A stretch of 63,936 nucleotides of DNA, the filler included, from Thraustochytrium aureum (lineage: Eukaryota): assembly GCA_012862495.1 (NCBI GenBank). It is 4 parts of 3 records of this genome, joined end to end, with 100 filler letters (N's around TTAATTAATTAA, not from the genome) between each part and the next. Parts side by side here need not be neighbours in the genome. Positions count along the whole stretch, not along the records: positions 1 to 26,202 come from BLSG01000312.1; 3 more parts are not named here. One strand, given 5' to 3'. Made by a program: the position numbers and the translations under genes. The notes beneath the pieces are model-generated. The model was not told the origin of the DNA, did not search any database, and worked only from the letters and a program-made list of their open reading frames with translations. Positions 1 to 9,037 of the stretch are shown here, piece after piece (within the stretch, counting starts at the first letter, position 1; every line of letters begins with the position of its first letter).

Positions 1-1
1 A

Positions 2-487
2 TCAGCATCTGTGCGCCCCCGAGATTCCGTTGATAAAGTTGTACGGCTTGCCTTGCAGTCGCACCATCTCCCAGAAGACGGCCTCGAGGACGTTGACGAA
101 AAGGATGCCGTGGCCCAGGCGCGAGTAGATGTAGCTCATGCGGACCCCGTGCCACAGCCGGTTTGGGGGTGGCAGGTGGTACTTGATGGCCGTGAAGATC
201 ACGGCGGCAAAAGTGAGCGAGATTATCTTGATCCACTGGAAGGCGTCTCGCCCGACGAGAACGCCGCTGAAGATAATCCAGAGCGGGAGCACGAGGCCGA
301 AAAGGTAGCTGAATATCGTGTCAGAGCGCACCCCGCACACGTAGAACAGGCATCGGATCTGCAGGTAGTTGACGGGCCAGACCACCCAGGACCCGACCAG
401 CACGATCAGCAGGAAGGCGCCCTGCGGCCCGGCCGTGCCCGCCGCCGCCCACAGCATCTCCTGCTCTGTCCCATTTATCGGGGACAC
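2..487 (-). CDS. Multi-pass membrane protein, DUF5692-like (partial; true start probably further upstream, 3' end probably continues beyond the window)
   Basis: Hydrophobic ORF with FQWIKIIS, ILFVNVLEAV and NFINGISG motifs resembling DUF5692 (F.WAK..S / ILAINILEA / NGIAG). Family recalled from memory. Confidence 0.6.
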   Translation of the reverse strand: MSPINGTEQEMLWAAAGTAGPQGAFLLIVLVGSWVVWPVNYLQIRCLFYVCGVRSDTIFSYLFGLVLPLWIIFSGVLVGRDAFQWIKIISLTFAAVIFTAIKYHLPPPNRLWHGVRMSYIYSRLGHGILFVNVLEAVFWEMVRLQGKPYNFINGISGAHRC

Positions 488-1297
488 GAAGGCCCCCGTC
501 GTCTCCTCATACGTGTACCCGTCCGACGTCGCGTCGAGGGCCCTGCCCGCCGCCGCAGCAACGTCGGCGACATGCTGGGCTCTGCCGCAAGAAGGTGCCA
601 GCAGCTCTGCTCGACCGCTGCGCGGTTGTTGCCGTGTCGCCTTGGGCGAACACGAGCGCGAAACGTAGGACTTGGGCAGCCAACCTCCCTTGCTCGCGAG
701 CTCAGACCTCGCAGCTCGACGGCCGCGGCGCCGCGGCAGTCAGCCAAAGCAAGCAGCTCGTCCGCTCGGTGGCTCGAGTTTGCTTGTTCGATGCGGATGT
801 GCGCTCAATCGCGCTCCAAGTCGTCTGGGCGTTTGTTTTGGCGCGGTGGGCCTGAAGACCCCGAGGTCCCTGGGCCGATCCTCAGACGCAGGCGCTGCCC
901 TCGTCAGACCCTGCGCGGCGCACAAGTCAAACTCGGACCGTTCTTGCACGTCCACGCCGTGACTGCGCCGCTGCCGCCTCTGGAAAGCCGCCTGGCAAGC
1001 AATCCGCCGCGCCACGTAAACGCCCGGTACCTCCGCGGGCCGGTCGCGCAGCGACGTGGCGCGCGCCGACTCGGCCGGCGTCCTGGAGTGCCTTCGCGGG
1101 CGGGCCGGCGGGCGGGTGTGCGCACATTCCTCACCGGGAAGGAAGGGAGGAAGGCTCCTGCTGCCACGGGTGGAGCGAGGACGACGCAGCGCGGCTTGGA
1201 GGCGGACGGTGTGCACGTCGTCTTGGATTGGACGATCGTCGCACACCCTGCCAGCACGCGCGCGAGCCGTGGCGGCGCGAGCTGTGGCGCTCGAGGG

Positions 1298-1328
1298 GTG
1301 CATGTGCATGCGCATGTGCATGCATGCG
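1298..1328. repeat. Alternating purine-pyrimidine tract (GTGCAT/GCAT)n
   Basis: gtgcatgtgcatgcgcatgtgcatgcatgcg in the divergent intergenic region. Confidence 0.8.
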
Positions 1329-1506
1329 TTTGCGTTGATGCTTGGAGCCCTTGCTTGGAGCCTGTCGCATTGGTCAGGCTCGCGCCGGGAGAGCTGGTGC
1401 GCGGCCCTGCGAGCAGGGCGTCTCGCGCAGGAGCTGCAGGAGTCCGCGCGCTGCGCCACCGGCCTGCCTGCTGCTGCTCGAGCACGCTGCTAGGTCGAGC
1501 AGCCGC

Positions 1507-1581
1507 GAGCGACCGACCTCGAGCGACCGACCTCGAGCGACCGACCTCGAGCGACCGACCTCGAGCGACCGACCTCGAGCG
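1507..1581. repeat. Perfect 14-bp tandem repeat (GAGCGACCGACCTC) x5 plus a partial copy
   Basis: Copies start at 1507, 1521, 1535, 1549 and 1563. Confidence 0.95.
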
Positions 1582-1667
1582 GGCGCTGGGCGCCGCGGCG
1601 GAGCAGCGAGCGAGCTGGACTCGACGCTCTGCGCTGGCTGACGGGCGCAGAGGAGACGCGCGCGAAG

Positions 1668-2555
1668 ATGGGGCGAACGCATGTTGAGCTGGTGCGAGTG
1701 GCCAGCGACGAGGTGGCCTGGCCTCTCGCGTGGGAGGTGAGGAAAACCAGCAAGCCGGTCGGGGAGGCAGCGGTCAACGCGCTGTACAGCAGCCTCCAAG
1801 ATGACCTGCTGGCGATTGACGACGAGAACCGGTTTGACGGGGCGGTCGTCCGTGATGAATGGGTTGGTGTCGTCAAGGGTGTCGAGCGCGCCGTCGAGGC
1901 TCACGGTCTTGTGTTTTCGTACGACGGCCCAGCGACTTGTGGGGGCAAGCTGCTGCAAATGCTCACCCTGGCCTGCGGCGGGCTTGTCCTTGAGGAAGAG
2001 ACAACCGCGCAAAGGTGCGAAGCCGAGGCCCTCGACCAATTCAACAAGCCCACCAAGGGCAAGTTTACGCGGCGCGTGGAGTGGAGCATGGTCGAGCAGG
2101 CAGAGCACCGCCTGGAGCTGCACCTGACTCCACGCCAGGGCTTCGCCGTTTGGCTCGAGAAGGACAAGGAGCGAGTCAAGGCGGAGCGCGAAGCAGCCGT
2201 GCTCGCAGAGTCCCGGCCAAAGTCTGTGAAGGAGCGCTTGCAAGCGCTCGCCTATCGGCCCACATCGGTCAAGGAGGCCATGCAGAGCGTCTCGGCCGTC
2301 GCGGCGCAAACCATGGAGGGCTGGCTTTCGTCCGGGTCTTCGTCAGACGGCGGCGACGAAGACGACGAGGAGGAGGAATCTGCGAGGCCCGAGGAACGGG
2401 GCAAGTCGCAGCGGCTCTCTGCCGCTGTCGATCCTATCGATTCCGCTTGCATCGCAAGCCACAGCGATGATAGTGATGCCGCGGGATCTGGGAGCGAGAG
2501 CGACGGCGAGGCTGAGCTCAGCGGCGGCGAGGCCGCCGCCACGAAGCGAGCCTAG
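1668..2555 (+). CDS. Hypothetical protein, 295 aa, with acidic low-complexity C-terminus
   Basis: ATG in aagATGg context, typical GC3-rich codon use, globular N-terminal half. Confidence 0.75.
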   Translation: MGRTHVELVRVASDEVAWPLAWEVRKTSKPVGEAAVNALYSSLQDDLLAIDDENRFDGAVVRDEWVGVVKGVERAVEAHGLVFSYDGPATCGGKLLQMLTLACGGLVLEEETTAQRCEAEALDQFNKPTKGKFTRRVEWSMVEQAEHRLELHLTPRQGFAVWLEKDKERVKAEREAAVLAESRPKSVKERLQALAYRPTSVKEAMQSVSAVAAQTMEGWLSSGSSSDGGDEDDEEEESARPEERGKSQRLSAAVDPIDSACIASHSDDSDAAGSGSESDGEAELSGGEAAATKRA

Positions 2556-2762
2556 ATGAAAATAGCTGTGCGCCCAAGCGCGTGCCCGTGCGCGCCACAC
2601 GGCTGGTTGGACCACGCCCGTGCGGCGCAAATGCAGTCTGCATGCCGCCAATCTGAACACTTCTCCAGTTCTTCGGAAGTTGTAGCTTCTCCAAAACGCA
2701 ATCCGACACTCTCCAACCTTCTCTTGAACGGCGGCCATGCATAGATAGCGTCGAGTTGGCGC

Positions 2763-2812
2763 GCCTGCCTGCCTGCCTGCCTGCCTGCCTTGCCTGCCTG
2801 CCTGCCTGCCTG
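2763..2812. repeat. (GCCT)n microsatellite
   Basis: Visible tetranucleotide run. Confidence 0.95.
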
Positions 2813-3364
2813 CTTGCCAACCAGCAACCCGCCAGTCCGCCGGCGAAGCGCGAGCTCGGGGTCATTCGACACGTCGCCAATCAGGTCAACGGCTACAACG
2901 GCTCCAATTTCGTTGGGTCTCTCACCAGCGCGCCTCCACCATCCCGTCCTGCCTGTAGGCATTCGCTTGAGCTGTGCTGCTGCGCGAGCGGAGCGCGTGT
3001 CCGTTGCCGAGCATCTACGCCCGCTGCCTCGCTACCTGGAGGTCGCAATGAATAAACACGCTCGCTAGCTGCAGCTCGCACTCCAGTGCAAAAAATCGTT
3101 ACCGTTGGTGCTCCACATCGGCCTGCAGAAGAGACCGACCGCCGAAGCGCAGACGATTATTACAGAGCACGCCGCAGACGCGCAGTCCCTCATATCAGCC
3201 AGGACGGCGACAACGAAAAGCCGCGGCCCGGCGCGAGACTCCTTCCGCCCAGCTCTTGCACGGCCTCGACCAAACAGTCCCGGACGCCCTCGGAGAGCGA
3301 GCAAGCCGAGCGCACGCACGGCCCAGCGAAGAGCACAAAGACCCGGAACGCTTATTTTTGCAAG

Positions 3365-3949
3365 ATGGGGGCTGGCGGATCAGTCGAGGCGCAAACGCCG
3401 CTGGAGAAACCCCAAATAGTTGCCGCGCTCAAGGCCAAGCTCGACGTGCTCAAAGAGGAAGCCAACAAGTCTGGCGTCGAGGACACGCCCCGAGGCGAGA
3501 CCGCAAAGTCGGAGGTAAAGAGGCTCCGCGCTCTACTGAAGAACACCCTGGAGGAGAACGTCCAGCTCGAAAAGTGCCTCGAGAACTACGAGGCTGACAA
3601 GGCCAACGCTCCAGAGTGCGCGGTGGCCGCCGACGAAGAAGAAGAGTCCGAAGACGACGGGCCTGACAATCGCGTCGAATGCGCCAAGTGCGAGCGCAAG
3701 TTTAACCCGGACCGCATCGAAAAGCACGCCTCCGTGTGCAAAGGGACCAAGGCAAAGAAGCCGAGCGACGGCGCCGGTGATGAGCAGGTCCCACCAGCAC
3801 AAGGACAGAGTTCTTCCGGCGACGAGGAGACCCCGAAATGGAAAAAGGACCGCGAGAAGCTGAAGGAGCAGCTCAAGCGCGATATGTCGGCGCCTTCTGT
3901 CCCTGCCGCCTCTGACGATGCTCCACCTGCTGAAGCCACCGCCGAGTAG
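3365..3949 (+). CDS. Coiled-coil protein with a C2HC-type zinc finger and predicted N-myristoylation
   Basis: Begins MGAGGS (MGxxxS). Contains ECAKCERKFNPDRIEKHASVC, matching the zf-C2HC_2 pattern. Confidence 0.8.
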   Translation: MGAGGSVEAQTPLEKPQIVAALKAKLDVLKEEANKSGVEDTPRGETAKSEVKRLRALLKNTLEENVQLEKCLENYEADKANAPECAVAADEEEESEDDGPDNRVECAKCERKFNPDRIEKHASVCKGTKAKKPSDGAGDEQVPPAQGQSSSGDEETPKWKKDREKLKEQLKRDMSAPSVPAASDDAPPAEATAE

Positions 3950-4339
3950 GTAAACGCTCACTATCATTTCTGCCTGCCCGTTTGGCGTGGCGAAATCCCC
4001 GACGCACAGAAAAGCTGCGAACCGCCGTGCTGTATGTATGTTGAAGTCCATTCAGTAGGAACATGCGCGTCCGGGATCGGAGAGCACGTGCGACTTCTCT
4101 GCTGCGCGGCGTTGCCCTTGCGTGTGGCTCGGGCCCGTTGCAAATTGACTTTGTACGGGACCTGGTGCCGCGGAGGAACAAACCAGCAAGCTTGCGGAAA
4201 CTCTAGAGGGGCACCCACCCGTGCAAGGGCAGACACGGGCCCGGACGCAACGTACTTAGCTTTAGAACAAAAACCAAAAAGCCTCCCACTCTTCTTCAAT
4301 GCCGGGCCTTCGGTCTGCCTCTGGAGGCGCCCTGCGAAA

Positions 4340-6669
4340 TCATGCTTGCGCAGCCACAGCAGCAGGCACGGGAAACACCTCGTTGCAACGGCCGCGCACG
4401 CTCGCCGCGCACAGCGCAGCAAACTCGTCAAGCGGAAGGGTCCTAATGACCTGCCCGTCGTTGGAGCGCACGGTGACGCTCTCGTCAGCGACCTCCTGGT
4501 CCCCAACAACAACGATGGCGTTGAAAGGGCCCTGCTGCGCGTTGCGGACGCGCTTTGGAAGTCGCTCCGCGGAAGCGTCGACCGAGACACACAGGCCAGC
4601 GGCGCCAACGTTGTTCAGGAACGCGATGTCCTCGTCTGGGCAGCAGCAGTTCCGCAACCGCGCGGCAACTCGCTCCGCAAACTCCCCCGTGCGCGCCTTG
4701 GTCAACCGGAAGGACTGCGACCTGCCGCGGGCTGAGCCAAAACGGGAGCTTCCCGTTGGTGTGCTCGAGCAAGATGGCCAAGAACCGCTCAACAGAGCCG
4801 AGGATGGCCCGATGGACCATCACGGGCCGCCGTCGATCGCCTCCCGATGTCGTGTACTCGAGATCGAAGCGCTCTGGCAGCTGAAAGTCGAGCTGGATCG
4901 TCGCGCACTGATGCTGGCGCCCAATCTTTGCACAGATACGACGTCAGCGCCTGCGCACCCTTCATCCTCACAAAAGACAAGCCGCACGCAGAGCCGCGCG
5001 CTGCGATCTTGCACCAGCTCCCGCACTCCGATTGCTTTTCAAAAAAAAACTTACCGCATCGGTGATAGAGATGTCAATCTTAGGCCCGTAAAATGCACCT
5101 TCGCCTGGATCCAGCTTCCACGCAAGCCCAGACGCGTCCAAAACCTGCTTGAGCGCGCTCTCTGCTTGGGCCCAGGCCTCGTCGCCCCCGATCGATTTGT
5201 CCTCGGGCCGCGTTGACAGCCGAAGCTGAAACCCAAAGTCGAAAAGGCCTTCGTACACGTAGCGCACAAACTCGATGCAGTCCAAGATCTCTGCTTCGAT
5301 TTGCTCCTCTGTGCAAAAGATGTGCGCGTCGTCCTGGTGAAAGCGCCGGAGTCGAGTCATGCCCCCGAGGGCCCCACTCGCCTCGTTCCTGTGGAGGGCG
5401 GAGAAGTCTGCGAGGCGAACCGGGAGGTCTCGGAAAGACTTTAGCGTCTGTGCAAATACGAGGCAGTGCCCTGGGCAGTTCATGGGCTTGAGGCCCATGG
5501 CCTCGTCGCCGGCAGCTCGCTCGCCCGCCTCGGCGCTTCCGTGCGCGCTGTGTTCTGGGTGGCCGCACGTGTGGCCCGCGCTTTCGGCGAGGTGCGTCGT
5601 CACAGCGTACATGTTCTCGCGGTAGTTGTCTAGGTGCCCGCTGCGCGCCCACAGCTCGGACGAGTAGATCAGCGGGGTCATCACCTCGTCGTACCCGCGC
5701 GTCGCGTACTGGTCTCGCAGCATCGTCAGCAGCTTGTTGTACACGACCGTGCCGTGCGGCAGCATGAACGCGCTACCCGGGCTCATGCTGTGGAACATGA
5801 ACAGACCTTGTCTACGACCCACTGCGCGGTGGTCGCGCTTGGCCGCCTCCTCCGTCCGCGAGACCCAGTCCTTGAGCTCGTCGCCGTTGGGAAACGCGAT
5901 CCCGTACACACGCTGCTCGCGCCCGTCGCTCACGGCGTTCGCGCGCAGCACCTTGCTGCCCTTGACCAGCACCGATGCTTCGGGCACGTGAGGCCCTCGG
6001 CACAGGTCGACAAAGTCGCCGACTCGGTACGCCGTGAGCGTCGCGCCGCCGGGCCGGGACAAGAGCTTGTCGATCATCTCGAGCTTGCGAGGGTTGTGCT
6101 CGAACATTTCCCGCGCCGCCGCGGCTCGCAGCTCTAGGCGCTCAAACGGCGCGTTGCGCTTAACGCCTTTCACCAGGCGCCTCGACAGCGACTTGAGTAC
6201 GTCAGGGACCACGCGCTGCTCGGGGTCCGCAAACTGAACGTCGTAGAAGAAGCCCCCTGATCCCGGCCCGACGCGCCCGTCGTCGGTGATCGGCGCATCC
6301 AGGGGCGGGCCGTCGCACAGCCAAGCGCGTCCCGGTCCGAACTCGCTCTCGATCGCGTGGCCAAGAAGGTGCGCCGCAGAGTGCCAAAACACAGCGCGCC
6401 CTTCAGCAGACTCCCACCCGAGTCCCTTCTAGCTCCACAACCCGGTCCGTCCCGAGCGCGCGCTCATCGAGAACAAGCTCGGCCAGTGGCCTGGAGAGGT
6501 CCCAGAGAAACCTCTGGCCGTTTGAGAGGCGCACGGCGGCCACCAGCGCATCATTAGGGACCCACGCGAGGTCGCGAGCGGAAAGGGCCGCGTCCTCCAC
6601 GCGCACTTGGCCATCTGCGCCCGCATTTGCCTGCGCTGGCGCGCGCACGACGACCGTTCCTCTGCCGCT
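4340..6669 (-). CDS. TARS: Threonyl-tRNA synthetase (5' end in N gap; intron 4926-5054; homopolymer frameshifts near 6425 and 4686)
   Basis: TGS-like [88 protein letters not shown], and an anticodon-binding domain ending at the stop at 4340. Confidence 0.97.
4926..5054 (-). other. Spliceosomal intron in ThrRS (129 bp)
   Basis: GTAAGT donor, GCTGAC branch site, CAAAG acceptor. Removal joins ...[15 protein letters not shown] in frame. Confidence 0.92.
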
Positions 6670-7372
6670 NNNNNNNNNNNNNNNNNNNNNNNNNNNNNNN
6701 NNNNNNNNNNNNNNNNNNNNNNNNNNNNNNNNNNNNNNNNNNNNNNNNNNNNNNNNNNNNNNNNNNNNNNNNNNNNNNNNNNNNNNNNNNNNNNNNNNNN
6801 NNNNNNNNNNNNNNNNNNNNNNNNNNNNNNNNNNNNNNNCTCTAGCGCTCTAGCGCGCGCGCAGCCGCCAGCGAGCACTCAGCTGGTCGAGCGCGCTGGC
6901 CTGCCGAGCCTCGCTCGCTGGCTCGTTCGCTTGATGGCTGGAGGCCGTCCAAAACGCAGCAGGATGTTGCGGTGCTGGGAGCGGCAGTGCGCCAAGCGCA
7001 AAGAGCGCGCGCGGCGGGGTGGGGTGCGCGAGTTCGCTGCGGGCTCGCTGCGGGCGTGCCGGTCCGCGGTCGGGCCTGGAAGCGCGCCGGGGTCCACCGG
7101 GCTTTGTTGGTGGTTTTCCAGAGGACATTAGCTGGGCTTCCGTGCCTGGTCGTCCCATCCCCGGGATCGTCCTCCTCCTCCGCCGTCGCCGCCGCCGCCG
7201 CCGCCGCCGCCGTTGCTCAACCCACCACCACTGCTGTCTCCCTATTCTCCTCGCGCGGCCGCGGCTGCGGCAGACGGACAGCGCCGCGAGGGCGAGCAAC
7301 ACCTGGGCAGCGCTCGGCGGCAGAAAGGCCGTCCGCGCGACGCGAGTCGGCGGGCTGCACGAAGCGCAAACT

Positions 7373-8932
7373 ATGTCGACAGGATGCCCGACGAACTGGG
7401 CATCTGAGGGCTTCTGCACGTGCCCTGCAGAACCACCGTCGGGATGCCTCCTGTGGGGCGTGCCGTACCAATGGCTGATCATATCGTTCGTGATCTGGCT
7501 CCTGGCCGCAGCGAGCAATCTCATCGTCAACCTACTCGTCGCAATCGTCGGCGTGATCTTGCAGAGCTACAAGCTGCAAGAGTGGACAAGGATCATCAAG
7601 AGGACCATGGTGTACTGGACGACCTGGCTGCTCCGGTGGGGGCTGATCTGGGCTGGCTGGACCACAATCCAGCTCCCGCCGCAAGTGTACAACGTGATGC
7701 GGTATTTTTTTAGCATCCCCTTCTTCATCATCTTGTTCCCGTGGGTAAACGTCGCCTTCAACGCGATCTCGCTGATTTTGCGCGACTACAGGGAGCGGCG
7801 GGCCTCGCTGGCGAATTCGATCAAGTCAAACAAAGGGGGCGCGGATTTGGGGGGCCGCCTCGGAGGCGCAGGGGACAATGCCGATATGCTGGACCCGCTC
7901 AAGGTCGCCGACGACGAGGACGACCTTGCCGGGTTCGACAATCCAGGCTCTAGCCCCGACGATAGCGCTGCAGCCGCGGCCTCCAAGGAATCTGGCCTCG
8001 GCTCTGGGCGACCGGGAACAGCGGATGCGGACGAAGCCGACCTAGTCGGCGGTGGGGGGAACCACGCGCTGGAGGAGTTTATCCGGGTCCTCAAGTACAT
8101 CGCGTTCATCTTTGTGTTTATCATCGCACTGCAGAGCAACAACGTACCTGTGGTGGCCTTTTTCAAGAGCGGGACGCTGTTCACCCTGAGCATTGTCTTC
8201 GCGGCGCAGCCCTGGATCCGCAACCTTGTGGGCGGCCTGCTGGTCTTCTTCGACAACAAGTTTCGCGTCAACGAGACCATTCGCGTCGTTGGCGTCGAGG
8301 GCGTTGTTCGGGGCATCACGCTGCGGACGACCAAGCTGCAGCGCGCAGACAACTCGATCGTGTATGTGCCAAACTCTCGCATCATCGAGCAGCCCGTGAT
8401 CAACTTGACGCGCCGCAAGACCCGCTTGATGGAGATTCGCGTCAGGCTCAGCACGGACACGCCGGCATCCAAGATACGCATTCTGATCGCTGACTTGGAG
8501 CACGCGCTGCGCATGCTGCATCCCTCGCTGGTGTCGCACCCAGCGAACCGTGCGAAACGGACCATGAGCAACTTGGGGCCGGGCGGGGCCGACCTGTTTG
8601 TCGTGTTGGACAGCATGTTTGAGCTGCTTGTCTGGACGTATACCAGTGGGGAGGAGCGTGGCGAGCGTGCGTTTGCGGAGATCCAGTCCGAGGTCATGCT
8701 GGCCATTTCCGAGATGCTGGACAAGCACGACATCAAGACTGCCGACGGCGACGCGCTCGTTGCGGGCGCGGCCAAGGGCCTTGTGCAGCGCGCGAGCCCC
8801 GAGGAGCGCCGAGCGCGAAATTTGGGAAACGAACAAGGCAATCCAATGTCGTACATGTATTTTGACAACGACGACTACAAGAACGACGACCTCGACGAGG
8901 CGATGGTGGTGTACGGGCTCATGGGCAAGTAG
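7373..8932 (+). CDS. MscS-family small-conductance mechanosensitive channel
   Basis: Several N-terminal TM helices, then FAAQPWIRNLVGGLLVFFDNKFRVNETIRVVGVEGVVRGITLRTTKL...YVPNS (MscS pore and beta domain). Confidence 0.9.
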   Translation: MSTGCPTNWASEGFCTCPAEPPSGCLLWGVPYQWLIISFVIWLLAAASNLIVNLLVAIVGVILQSYKLQEWTRIIKRTMVYWTTWLLRWGLIWAGWTTIQLPPQVYNVMRYFFSIPFFIILFPWVNVAFNAISLILRDYRERRASLANSIKSNKGGADLGGRLGGAGDNADMLDPLKVADDEDDLAGFDNPGSSPDDSAAAAASKESGLGSGRPGTADADEADLVGGGGNHALEEFIRVLKYIAFIFVFIIALQSNNVPVVAFFKSGTLFTLSIVFAAQPWIRNLVGGLLVFFDNKFRVNETIRVVGVEGVVRGITLRTTKLQRADNSIVYVPNSRIIEQPVINLTRRKTRLMEIRVRLSTDTPASKIRILIADLEHALRMLHPSLVSHPANRAKRTMSNLGPGGADLFVVLDSMFELLVWTYTSGEERGERAFAEIQSEVMLAISEMLDKHDIKTADGDALVAGAAKGLVQRASPEERRARNLGNEQGNPMSYMYFDNDDYKNDDLDEAMVVYGLMGK

Positions 8933-9037
8933 TGGGATTCTGTAGAGCGAGGGACTGCGGGCGGGTTTCCGCGAGGCGCGTGCCCGTGGATCTGATTAGC
9001 TATCACCTGAAGATAAAAATTAGATAAATTGCGTCGC

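Noticed and set aside
1507..1581. CRISPR-like array (also the 29-bp repeats at 38575 and 50717)
   Set aside because: Head-to-tail units without spacers, no cas genes, and a eukaryotic context.
11..1687. 558-aa + strand ORF and the many other long antisense or overlapping ORFs (e.g. 26486-28114, 7786-8868, 58907-59872)
   Set aside because: Arg/Ala/Pro-rich shadow frames expected at high GC, lying opposite real genes.
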